Positions 1 through 8,150 of a DNA stretch of 13,494 nucleotides are shown piece after piece. The number at the start of each line of letters is the position of its first letter. Position 1 is the stretch's first letter. The notes beneath the pieces are model-generated. The model saw nothing but the letters and a program-made list of their open reading frames with translations. It ran no database searches and had not been told where the DNA came from. The DNA is taken from contig JBHIAV010000062.1 of NCBI GenBank assembly GCA_046758745.1, positions 1 to 13,494 of the forward strand, read 5' to 3'. A program made the position numbers and the translations under genes. This DNA comes from Gemmatimonadota bacterium (GTDB lineage Bacteria; Gemmatimonadota; Gemmatimonadetes; Palauibacterales; Palauibacteraceae).

Positions 1-210
1 AGTCGACCACCCCTCGTCCACGTCCCTCTTGCGGACCAGAGGAGAAGTCCAGATACGACCTGTTAGCTGTAGTGCTGCTACATTCTGGGCAACTGGAGTT
101 ACCCCGCTTTCGTGGCCAGGTGAACGCTTGTGGAATCAGGCGGCCGTGGCCTGCCTCCGTTCGGATCGAACGTCACGAAGGGCCTGACGAAACGGTTACC
201 CAATTTCTGA

Positions 211-340
211 CCTCTACCCTCCGTCGCTCTCCTCCACCTTCACCGCCTTCCAACGAACCAGTTCCATGGTTCGACCGCCAAGCCACCCGGTTTTGCCACC
301 TTGCCCCAACGTTCGCCCGCTTCTCATCACTTGCCACCAC
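211..340 (-). promoter_or_regulatory. Putative MraZ-type (dcw) operator: degenerate GTGG boxes at ~10-bp period
   Basis: The minus strand from 340 to 291 reads GTGGTGGCAA GTGATGAGAA GCGGGCGAAC GTTGGGGCAA GGTGGCAAAA. A second, looser cluster at ~255-211 reads AAGGCGG-TG-AAGGTGG-AGG-AGAGCGA-CGG-AGGGTAG. This resembles the GTGG-N6 repeats known upstream of mraZ. The target gene would lie left of the window, so the assignment is inference. Confidence 0.45.
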
Positions 341-433
341 GCTCCAGAACCGCCCCGATGTCTGAAAAGCGGCCAGGGGTGCCCTCAAGGCTGAGATCCA
401 ATGGCCCCAAGTTGGCGGCTGGTAGTACCTCGT

Positions 434-688
434 CCAGCGCCGCATCTACGGAGGCGGCGCTGGCGGAACTGTGCCGCGATTGTGCCGTAACGTGGCACAA
501 CACAGGGGTACGGAGGGGGAAACCGGCCCTGTGGGAAACCTCCGGATGTTGGCCCACCGCGCGGGTTGTTGCCCTTGGGTCCCCGCGGCTGTGGGGTGGT
601 CCAAGAAGTGCCACGGCCGGCTGGCGTGAGCCGTGGCCGTTCGGCCCGCTGAGGGTCGGCGGCCCGGATTCGAGCAGGAATCGCCCTC
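434..688 (+). ncRNA. Candidate structured RNA element of unknown family (series of hairpins, possible pseudoknot)
   Basis: Stems: 434-443/454-463 capped by a c(UACG)g loop, 480-486/494-500, 501-507/527-533, 511-516/539-544 (crossing), 560-565/582-587, 610-617/630-637, 651-655/684-688. There is no credible ORF here, and I recognise no match to a known RNA family. Confidence 0.25.
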
Positions 689-833
689 GCCACGCCGATC
701 GGCCTTCCGGCGCGCCGGTGCTCTCCGGCGCGACGCTCCTCTCCGCCGGTTGAGCGAATGTTGACCCGGGCCCCGAATCTTCACCCGTCGGGGCGTCGGG
801 GAAGCGGAGCCGGACCGAGTGGGGAGGTGCGAG

Positions 834-1568
834 GTGGCCCGAGCGATTCGAGAGTGGCCGGCGGAGGACAGGCCGAGAGAGCGTCTGGCGGCCCTGCGAC
901 CCGGTGCGTTGGCGACCCGTGAGCTGCTGGCGATCCTGATCGGATCGGGGAGCTCGGGGCGGTCGGCCGTGGCCCTCGCCTCCGATCTTCTCGACCAGTT
1001 CGGCGGCTCGCTGCGCCGGATCGGGAACGCAGAGCCGGACGAGCTCGAGGTGTGTCCCGGCATCGGGCCCGCCCGCGCGGCCACCATCACGGCCGCCTTC
1101 GAGTTGGGCCGCCGTCTATCCGCCGAACCCGCCCGCATGCGGCGGCGCGTCCATGGGCCGCGAGACGTTTTCCTCCGACTGGGCCCTCGGCTTCGGGATC
1201 GGGCGCAGGAGGAGTTCTGGGTCCTCTACCTCGACACGCAGAACCGGGTCTTGAACGAGCGTTGCCTGACCGTCGGCCTCCTCAACTCTTCCCTGGTGCA
1301 TCCCCGAGAGGTTTTCTCGCCGGCCATCAGCCGGGCTGCGGCCAGCCTCATCCTGGCGCACAATCATCCGAGCGGAGACCCCGAGCCCTCCCCCGAGGAC
1401 ATAGAGGTCACCCATCAGCTCGTGGAGAGCGGGCGCCTCCTCGGCATTCCCGTGCGCGACCATATCGTGCTGGGGGACGGCGGGTTCGTGAGCCTCCTGG
1501 AGCGCGGCCTCATACGCGAGCCGGAGCGCACGCGGCGGCCGGCTCCCGCAGGGGGTCGCCGCTCCTGA
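834..1568 (+). CDS. radC: RadC (UPF0758) family JAB/MPN-domain protein
   Basis: N-terminal IREWPAEDRPRERL, ELLAILIGSG, HhH motif CPGIGPARA, and C-terminal VHPREVF plus the JAMM motif AHNHPSGDPEPSPED. The start is placed at GTG 834, 6 nt after GGAGG (823-827). GTG 819 is the alternative. Confidence 0.95.
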   Translation: MARAIREWPAEDRPRERLAALRPGALATRELLAILIGSGSSGRSAVALASDLLDQFGGSLRRIGNAEPDELEVCPGIGPARAATITAAFELGRRLSAEPARMRRRVHGPRDVFLRLGPRLRDRAQEEFWVLYLDTQNRVLNERCLTVGLLNSSLVHPREVFSPAISRAAASLILAHNHPSGDPEPSPEDIEVTHQLVESGRLLGIPVRDHIVLGDGGFVSLLERGLIREPERTRRPAPAGGRRS

Positions 1569-1589
1569 GCTGTCCGCGCGGGCGGTTCT

Positions 1590-1619
1590 TTGCCGCCGCC
1601 GCGCGGGCCCGCGTATCTT
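1590..1619 (+). promoter_or_regulatory. Putative sigma70-type promoter for rel
   Basis: TTGCCG (1590-1595), an 18-nt spacer and TATCTT (1614-1619) lie in the radC-rel intergenic region. Confidence 0.45.
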
Positions 1620-1807
1620 ACCGATAGGTCCCGGCCCGGAGGGGTCCGACCGGTCCCGGCGGGAACGGTCCGGCCGCCCTGTGTCGGAGACCTTCCCGGC
1701 AAACAGCGGGTATGGTACGTGCACGCGCTCGTCCCGTCCGTGGCGACGTCCAGCCGTCCGAGCCTCGGCGCCGTGGGGCGAGCCGCCGGGGCCGTTCCTG
1801 GGAAGTC

Positions 1808-4027
1808 ATGGCGAAGGTAGCGAAGACGCAGGATATGGCGACGCAGCCGCTCGACTCGGCGAAGTCCTTACTCACGCCGGACTTCCTGGCCGCGGTGCGC
1901 GGAAACGAGGACCGTTTGGACCTCGACCTCCTCGCGCTCGCCTTCCAGTACAGCAGCGAGAAGCACGCGGGCCAGAAGCGCAGCTCGGGCGAGGACTACA
2001 TCACGCACTGCATCGAGGTCGCGAAGATCCTCGGCGAGATCCACATCGACACCGTCAGCATCGCGGCCTCCCTGCTTCACGACGTCGTGGAGGATGCCGG
2101 CACACCCGTCGACGAGATCCATCGGGAGTTCGGTTCCGAGATCGCGACGATCGTAGACGGGCTGACGAAGATCTCCCGCGTCGAGTTCGGCTCCCTGGCC
2201 GAGCGTCAGGTGGAGAACTACCGGAAGCTGCTCCTCTCGATGGCCCAGGACGCCCGAGTGATCATCGTGAAGCTGGCCGATCGGCTGCACAACATGCGGA
2301 CGCTCGAGCACCTCGATCCGGAGCGGCAACGGCGGATCGCCATGGAGACGCGCGAGATCTATGCACCGCTCGCCCACAGGCTGGGGATGGCACGGGTGCG
2401 GTGGGAGCTCGAGGACCTCGCCTTCAAGTTCCTAGAGCCGGCGGACTATCGCGAGCTCAGCCGGCAGGTCGCCGACAAGCGGAGCGAGCGAGAGGACCTA
2501 ATCCGCCGAATGGTCGAACCGCTGCGTCGCGAGCTGGAGCAGGCCGGCATCGAGTGCGAGGTGGCCGGGCGGGCCAAGCACCTCTGGTCGATCTTCAACA
2601 AGATGCGGAAGCGGCAGAAGCCGTACGAGGAGATCTACGATGTGCTCGCGGTACGGGTGATCGTGGCGACCGTCCGGGACTGCTACCATGCTCTCGGCGT
2701 GATCCACAACCAGTGGACGCCGCTCACCGAGCGGTTCCACGATTACATCGCGACGCCGAAGTCCAATCTGTACCAGAGTTTGCACACCACGATCTTCGGT
2801 CCGGGCGGCCGCCTCTACGAGATCCAGATTCGGACCCACGACATGCACCGAACGGCGGAGCTGGGGATCGCCGCGCACTGGCGGTACAAGGAGAAGCGCG
2901 AGCCTGACGAAGTGGATGAGAAGCTAACATGGTTCCGCCAGGTCCTCGAATGGCAGCATGAGACCCGGGAGCCGGAGGAGTTCATGGAATTCCTCCGGAT
3001 CGACCTCTTCCAGGACGAGATCTTCGTCTTCACGCCGGCGGGGGACGTCAAGCAGCTTCCCAAAGGCGCGACGCCGATCGATTTCGCCTTCGCGGTCCAC
3101 ACCGAGATCGGACTTCGCTGCGCAGGTGCCAAGGTCAACGGAAGGATCGCTCCGCTCTCTCGGCCGCTGCGCAACGGCGACACGGTGGAGATCCTCACCT
3201 CCGAGGCGCACACGCCGAGTCGGGACTGGCTGGGCTTCGTGCAGACGAGCCGGGCACGGCACAAGATCCGGCAGTGGATCCGCAAGGAGGAGCACGCCTC
3301 GGCGGTGCAGCTAGGACGCGACATCCTGGCACGAGAGTGGAAGAAGCGTCACCGGAAGCCGGAGGAGCCCGAGATCGAATCGGCGGCCGAGGCTCTCGGA
3401 ATCGACGGCGGCGCGGACGGTCTGTACGCGGCCGTCGGCCGCGGCGACGTAGGTATCACGCGCGTCATCCGGACCGTCTATCCGGATGACGAGACCGACC
3501 GCGAGAGATCAGCCAGCCCGCTCTCGAAGCTGGTGGAGCGGGTATGGAGTGGACCCAAAGGGATCCGGATCCAGGGGATGGACAACCTGATGGTTCGGTA
3601 CTCGCAGTGCTGCCAGCCGGTGCCTGGGGATGATGTGACCGGCTACATCACGCGAGGACGAGGGATCTCGATACACCGAAGAGACTGTCCGAACATCCTG
3701 AATCTCGCGGATCACCCGGAGCGGCGCGTGAACATCGACTGGGACGTCGACGGCTCGCAGCGGTTGCTCGTGCGCATCGTCATGGAGGGGACCGACCGTC
3801 ACGGGCTCTTTGCTGACATCGCCCGGTCCATCTCGGACACCGGCACCAACATCCAGTCTGCCACGATCAGGGCCGGTGAGGGGGGAATGGCCGGCCAGTT
3901 CGTGGTAGAGGTGGAGAACCTGTCCCACCTGAAGAAGGTCATGAAGCATATCCGCCGGGTGAAGGGGGTGCTTTCGGTGCAACGCAAGGAGAGCTTCGGG
4001 GACAGCGACCTCACCCTGGACATGTGA
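1808..4027 (+). CDS. rel: Bifunctional (p)ppGpp synthetase/hydrolase, long RelA/SpoT homologue (HD-SYNTH-TGS-ZFD-ACT)
   Basis: Hydrolase motifs KRSSGEDYITH, LLHDVVED and VKLADRLHNMRTL. Synthetase motifs GRAKHLWSI, YDVLAVRVIV, PKSNLYQSLHT and EIQIRT. TGS domain FVFTPAGD...GATPIDFAFAVHT, ZFD CCQPVPGD...IHRRDC, and a C-terminal ACT domain. The start is uncertain: ATG 1808 or ATG 1835. Confidence 0.97.
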   Translation: MAKVAKTQDMATQPLDSAKSLLTPDFLAAVRGNEDRLDLDLLALAFQYSSEKHAGQKRSSGEDYITHCIEVAKILGEIHIDTVSIAASLLHDVVEDAGTPVDEIHREFGSEIATIVDGLTKISRVEFGSLAERQVENYRKLLLSMAQDARVIIVKLADRLHNMRTLEHLDPERQRRIAMETREIYAPLAHRLGMARVRWELEDLAFKFLEPADYRELSRQVADKRSEREDLIRRMVEPLRRELEQAGIECEVAGRAKHLWSIFNKMRKRQKPYEEIYDVLAVRVIVATVRDCYHALGVIHNQWTPLTERFHDYIATPKSNLYQSLHTTIFGPGGRLYEIQIRTHDMHRTAELGIAAHWRYKEKREPDEVDEKLTWFRQVLEWQHETREPEEFMEFLRIDLFQDEIFVFTPAGDVKQLPKGATPIDFAFAVHTEIGLRCAGAKVNGRIAPLSRPLRNGDTVEILTSEAHTPSRDWLGFVQTSRARHKIRQWIRKEEHASAVQLGRDILAREWKKRHRKPEEPEIESAAEALGIDGGADGLYAAVGRGDVGITRVIRTVYPDDETDRERSASPLSKLVERVWSGPKGIRIQGMDNLMVRYSQCCQPVPGDDVTGYITRGRGISIHRRDCPNILNLADHPERRVNIDWDVDGSQRLLVRIVMEGTDRHGLFADIARSISDTGTNIQSATIRAGEGGMAGQFVVEVENLSHLKKVMKHIRRVKGVLSVQRKESFGDSDLTLDM

Positions 4028-4080
4028 GAGGGGCCGCGTCGGTCAGACGGAGCCGGGTGGGTCGGCGGGTCGCGTACCGC

Positions 4081-4794
4081 TCAGCTGTCGGGGTGCTTGC
4101 CTCCGAGCTCGTCGTCACCGGAAGCGCCGCCCGGGGCGCCGGGATCCGAGCCGCTGCTCGGGCCGGAGCCGTCGGCGGGGCCGGCACCGTCGGTGGCGCG
4201 CGCGCCGCCGGCTCCTGGGGTATCCGCCGGGCTCGTCACGCGATCCAGCTCCATGATCCGACGCTCGATGGCGCGCATCTGGTCCAGAAGGCGCTGTGCA
4301 GCGGGGTCGATGCGGGTGATCGTGGCCACGAGACTGTCCTGAAGGATTCGGAACTTCTCGGTGACGATGGGATCGTTGAACGCGCTGTCCTGAAGCGGCC
4401 GGAGCTTGCGCTCGGCCGTCTGCAGCTCCTGCGCGACGCGGACTTTCTCCTCACGTGTGGCGGTCCGGGAACCGGCGATCTCCGACAGGTCCCGCCCGAC
4501 ACTGGTCGCCTGGCCGAGGAGGTCGGCCGAGCTGCTGTCGATCTCGATCATGCGGCGCCGCAGCGCTTCGTAGAACTCCGACTGGGCCGCGCGCACCCCC
4601 GGCGAGTCGAGTGCCTGGGCCTGGATGCCACGGAGCTGATTCTGCACGGATGCGAACTGCGTCCGCAGCTGCTCTCTTCTGAGCGTCGGATCGACGGGTT
4701 CCGCTCGCTCGGGAGGGGCATCGCTGCACGCCACGCATACGAGGGTGCACACGAGGAGCCCTCCCCAGCGCGCCCCGACGTCGGGATGGTTCAT
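4081..4794 (-). CDS. Hypothetical exported protein, probable lipoprotein, alpha-helical with internal duplication
   Basis: From ATG 4794 it reads MNHPDVGARWGGLLVCTLVCVA-C-SDAPPE, a hydrophobic signal followed by a lipobox-like VAC. The body is an amphipathic helical, Q/E/R/L-rich region with two aligned repeats, and the tail is G/P/A/S/D-rich. It fills the rel-uvrB gap. Confidence 0.8.
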   Translation of the reverse strand: MNHPDVGARWGGLLVCTLVCVACSDAPPERAEPVDPTLRREQLRTQFASVQNQLRGIQAQALDSPGVRAAQSEFYEALRRRMIEIDSSSADLLGQATSVGRDLSEIAGSRTATREEKVRVAQELQTAERKLRPLQDSAFNDPIVTEKFRILQDSLVATITRIDPAAQRLLDQMRAIERRIMELDRVTSPADTPGAGGARATDGAGPADGSGPSSGSDPGAPGGASGDDELGGKHPDS

Positions 4795-4828
4795 CTCGCC
4801 GGATCCTTGACGGGTGCAAGCCGATGCC

Positions 4829-4858
4829 AAGCTGAAGGCCCATGGGATGGCGCGTCAA
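4829..4858 (-). promoter_or_regulatory. Putative sigma70-type promoter for the minus-strand lipoprotein gene
   Basis: Minus-strand TTGACG (4858-4853), an 18-nt spacer and CAGCTT (4834-4829) lie ~35 nt upstream of ATG 4794. Confidence 0.35.
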
Positions 4859-4918
4859 GCCGGGCGTGGCGTGCGGCCGCGGAGGGGTCGGGGATCCAAG
4901 CTTCCACCCCGTTCGGTC

Positions 4919-6982
4919 GTGGCTGAGTTCGAGCTGGAGCTGCCGTTCGAGCCGACCGGCGATCAGCCGGCCGCGATCGGGGAGATCGCGAGGGGGGTCC
5001 ACACCGGAGAGCGCTGGCAGACCCTCCTCGGCGTCACAGGGAGCGGCAAGACGGTCACGATGGCCGGAGTCATCGCGGAGACCGGTCTCCCGACCCTGGT
5101 GATGAGCCACAACAAGACGCTCGCCGCCCAGCTGTACGGCGAGCTCAAGCAGTTCTTTCCACGCAATGCGGTCGAGTATTTCATCTCCTATTACGATTAC
5201 TATCAGCCGGAAGCGTACGTCCCCGCCACAGACACCTACATCGCAAAGGACGCCTCCATAAACGAGGACATCGATCGCCTGCGGCTGCGGGCCACTTCCT
5301 CGCTCATGGAGCGACGAGATGTCATCGTAGTGGCCTCGGTATCGGCGATATACGGACTCGGCGACCCGAAGGGGTATCGGGCGCACATGCTGACGCTCGA
5401 GGTCGGCCAGTCGATCTCCAGGCGCGAGATCCTTTCCGGACTCGTGCAGATCCAGTACAGCCGCAACGATCTGGATTTTCGGCGCGGCACGTTCCGCGTC
5501 CGCGGCGACGTGATCGAGGTGCTGCCCGCGTACGAGGAGCAGGCCGTCCGAGTGGAGCTGTGGGGGGATCGCGTCGAGCGGATAACCAAGATCGATCCCC
5601 TGACCGGCAGGACGATCACCCGGCTCGCGGGCACCGCGATCTTCCCGGCCACGCACTACGCCATCGAGCGCGACCGGCTCGACGTGGCGGTGGAAGCGAT
5701 CCTGCAGGAGCTGGAGGAGCGGCTGCGCGAGCTCCGCTCGGCCGGCAAGCTTCTCGAAGCCCAACGCCTCGAGACCCGCACCAGGTTCGATGTGGAGATG
5801 CTGCGGGAGATCGGTGTCTGTCCCGGAATCGAAAACTATTCTCGCTACCTGGACGGCCGGTTGCCCGGCGAGCGACCCTTCTGCCTGCTCGACTACTTCC
5901 CCGACGAGTATCTCGTCATGGTCGATGAGTCACACGTCACGGTTCCCCAGATCGGCGCGATGTACACGGGCGACCGGAACCGCAAGCTCACGCTGGTCGA
6001 GCATGGCTTCCGCCTTCCTTCGGCGCTGGACAACCGTCCGCTGAGCTTCGACGAATGGGAGGAGACCGTCCCCCAGGTCCTTTTCATCAGCGCCACTCCG
6101 GGCGAATACGAGCTGCGCCGCTCGGGCGGCGTGGTCGTCGAGCAGCTGATCCGCCCCACCGGTCTGCTGGATCCCAGGGTGGACGTGCGGCCGGTGCGAA
6201 ACCAGGTGGACGATCTGCTTGAGGAGATCCGGGTTCGGACGAGCCGCCGGGAGCGCGTGCTTGTGACCACGCTCACCAAGCGGATGGCGGAGGACCTCTC
6301 GGAGTTCCTGGCCGTGCGCGGCGTACGCGTGCGCTACCTCCATTCGGACATCAATTCGATCGAGCGGGTGGAGATCCTGCGCGATCTTCGTCTCGGTGCC
6401 TTCGACGTGCTCGTCGGCATCAACCTGCTGCGCGAAGGTCTCGATCTCCCCGAGGTGTCGTTAGTTGCAATCCTCGACGCGGACAAGGAGGGCTTTCTTC
6501 GCTCCGAGACCTCGTTGATCCAGACGATCGGGCGAGCCGCCAGGAACGTGAACGGTACGGCCGTCCTGTATGCCGATCGGGTGACGGGCTCGATGGAGCG
6601 CGCGATTCACGAGACCGAGCGCCGGCGCCGGGCCCAGGCCGAGTACAACGCGAAGCACGGGATTGTCCCGCGGTCCATCGTGAAATCGGTTCAGCAGATC
6701 CGTTTCACCACGGCCGTGGCGGACGTCCGGGAGGGGGGAGCGCGAGCCGTGGGGGAGGAGATCGCCTCGTACCGGGGTATGGATCCGGAGCAGCTCATCC
6801 GCCTGCTGGAACAGGAGATGCGCGCTGCAGCCGAAGATCTGGACTTCGAGCGGGCGGCGCGGCTGCGGGACGAGCTCTTCGACGTGAAGGCGGAACTCGA
6901 GGTGGGACACGGTGGGAGCCGGCGACCGCCGCGGTCGCGGCTCGCTGCCGTGAGGCCGGCCGGCCGACGCGACCTGCGGTGA
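4919..6982 (+). CDS. uvrB: Excinuclease ABC subunit B
   Basis: PTGDQPAAI, Walker [23 protein letters not shown], beta-hairpin [46 protein letters not shown], and a C-terminal UVR domain ([19 protein letters not shown]). The start is placed at GTG 4919 by similarity to typical N-termini. Confidence 0.98.
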   Translation: MAEFELELPFEPTGDQPAAIGEIARGVHTGERWQTLLGVTGSGKTVTMAGVIAETGLPTLVMSHNKTLAAQLYGELKQFFPRNAVEYFISYYDYYQPEAYVPATDTYIAKDASINEDIDRLRLRATSSLMERRDVIVVASVSAIYGLGDPKGYRAHMLTLEVGQSISRREILSGLVQIQYSRNDLDFRRGTFRVRGDVIEVLPAYEEQAVRVELWGDRVERITKIDPLTGRTITRLAGTAIFPATHYAIERDRLDVAVEAILQELEERLRELRSAGKLLEAQRLETRTRFDVEMLREIGVCPGIENYSRYLDGRLPGERPFCLLDYFPDEYLVMVDESHVTVPQIGAMYTGDRNRKLTLVEHGFRLPSALDNRPLSFDEWEETVPQVLFISATPGEYELRRSGGVVVEQLIRPTGLLDPRVDVRPVRNQVDDLLEEIRVRTSRRERVLVTTLTKRMAEDLSEFLAVRGVRVRYLHSDINSIERVEILRDLRLGAFDVLVGINLLREGLDLPEVSLVAILDADKEGFLRSETSLIQTIGRAARNVNGTAVLYADRVTGSMERAIHETERRRRAQAEYNAKHGIVPRSIVKSVQQIRFTTAVADVREGGARAVGEEIASYRGMDPEQLIRLLEQEMRAAAEDLDFERAARLRDELFDVKAELEVGHGGSRRPPRSRLAAVRPAGRRDLR

Positions 6983-7473
6983 GCTCCCCTTCCCGTCGGA
7001 AGCGGCGCGCGGGGGTTGTAGAGATGGACCAGCCTTCTCTGGTTCGCTGGGGATGCCGTCTCGGCGAACGGGCGATGGAAACGGGCGCCTTCGTCTGCCT
7101 TTACGGTGATCTGGGGGCGGGCAAGTCGACTCTGGCGCGGGCGGCGTGTGCCGGTGCGGGGGTGAAGGACGTAGTACCGAGCCCCGGCTTCACGCTGGTG
7201 AGCCGGTACCGGGGGAGGGGGGGACGATTCGTCCATCACGCCGACCTCTACCGGCTGTGCCGACCGGAGGAGCTCTGGGACATCGGGTGGCCCGACCTGC
7301 TGGAGGCGGAAGGACCGGTGTTCGTCGAGTGGGCCGACCGGGCATCCGGCCAGCTGCCTCGCGACCGGTGGGAGGTCGAGCTGCGCTTTGTCGCCGATCC
7401 GGGACGCCGCGCGGTGGAGGCACGGACCGTCGGTCGGGCGGGGCGGATCCCCGCTCCCGAGCCAACATGCTGA
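6979..7473 (+). CDS. tsaE: tRNA threonylcarbamoyladenosine biosynthesis ATPase TsaE
   Basis: P-loop [27 protein letters not shown] and FVEWADR. The GTG start overlaps the uvrB stop (GTGA 6979-6982). ATG 7024 is an alternative start. Confidence 0.93.
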   Translation: MSSPSRRKRRAGVVEMDQPSLVRWGCRLGERAMETGAFVCLYGDLGAGKSTLARAACAGAGVKDVVPSPGFTLVSRYRGRGGRFVHHADLYRLCRPEELWDIGWPDLLEAEGPVFVEWADRASGQLPRDRWEVELRFVADPGRRAVEARTVGRAGRIPAPEPTC

Positions 7474-8150
7474 CCCTGGCGCTGGAGACGAGCACGCCGC
7501 TCGCCAGCGTGGCGCTCGGAGATGGGCCGACCCTGCTCGCCGAGAGCCTGCTGCCCGTCCGCGTTACTCATTCCGAGAGCGTCCTCCCCGAGATCGATCG
7601 GATCCTGCACGGATGCGGCAAGCGGCCGCACGAAGTGGAGGCGGTGGTCGTCGGCGCAGGACCCGGCTCGTTCACGGGCGTTCGCATCGCCGCTTCCCTG
7701 GGCAAGGGACTCTGCTTCGCCCATAAGGTCGCGCTGTATGCCTATTCGAGCCTCACCGCGATCGCGGCGGGAGTGGGGGTGCAGGGACGGGTGTGCGCCC
7801 TCCTGGACGCGCGCCGCGGCCAAGTCTACGCGGCCGGGTACCTCGGAGGGGAAGAGCTGCGACGACTCTTCGGGCCCACCGTCTCTCGGGTGGAGGAGCT
7901 CCTGGGAAGCCTCTTCCCCGTGGACGAATGGCGATTCGCCGGAGGGGGCGCGACGCGGCACGCCGAGTCGATTCGGGCCGCGGGAGGGACGGTCCTGCCG
8001 CCCCATCTCGGCGTTCCACGGGCCGCTGCCCTCCTGTGGCTCGTCCGCTCCTCGCCCGAGAGCGGCCTCGTCACGAACGTGGCGAACTGGGAGCCGGAGT
8101 ACGTCAGGCTGTCGAGCGCGGAACGCGAGGTGGGCGCCCGATGGCGATAA
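7467..8150 (+). CDS. tsaB: tRNA threonylcarbamoyladenosine biosynthesis protein TsaB
   Basis: [40 protein letters not shown] and the C-terminal EPEYVR. The start overlaps the 3' end of tsaE. Confidence 0.95.
   Translation: MLTLALETSTPLASVALGDGPTLLAESLLPVRVTHSESVLPEIDRILHGCGKRPHEVEAVVVGAGPGSFTGVRIAASLGKGLCFAHKVALYAYSSLTAIAAGVGVQGRVCALLDARRGQVYAAGYLGGEELRRLFGPTVSRVEELLGSLFPVDEWRFAGGGATRHAESIRAAGGTVLPPHLGVPRAAALLWLVRSSPESGLVTNVANWEPEYVRLSSAEREVGARWR

Noticed and set aside
39..50. GAGGAGAAGTCC resembling the RNase P RNA 5' motif GAGGAAAGUCC
   Set aside because: It has an extra base, and the other rnpB hallmarks (AGUGCAACAGAAA, the 3' ACAGAAnnCGGCUUA) are not found downstream.
184..194. CTGACGAAAC resembling a hammerhead ribozyme core
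   Set aside because: There is no stem II between CUGAnGA and a separate GAAA, and no flanking stems I and III.
129..600. DnaA-box-like words (TGTGGAATC 129-137, TGTGGGAAA 530-538) suggesting oriC
   Set aside because: They carry 1-2 mismatches to TTWTNCACA, are few and scattered, and there is no AT-rich unwinding element.
72..753. Short ORFs on both strands in the left intergenic region
   Set aside because: They are R/P/S/G-rich, have no recognisable motifs and overlap each other, which is typical of chance ORFs in high-GC DNA.
834..1568. radC as a marker of a mobile element or defence island
   Set aside because: This is the full-length chromosomal form with the N-terminal HhH region, in a housekeeping context. 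There is no integrase, att site or compositional shift.
1681..2907. 408-aa alternative + frame within rel
   Set aside because: It is an Arg/Gly/Pro-rich off-frame ORF. The rel frame is intact, with no sign of a frameshift.
4815..4830. Sigma54-like TTGGCATCGGCTTGCA on the minus strand
   Set aside because: The GG-to-GC spacing is 9 nt, whereas sigma54 promoters need GG-N10-GC.
4024..4926. 300-aa + strand ORF that overlaps the rel stop (GTGA) and reaches the uvrB start
   Set aside because: The fit looks operon-like, but the translation reads as an antisense shadow. The minus-strand frame has a signal peptide and an internal repeat, so it is the better gene.
4451..5764. 437-aa minus-strand ORF
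   Set aside because: It is an antisense shadow of uvrB arising from GC-rich codon usage and has no domain motifs.
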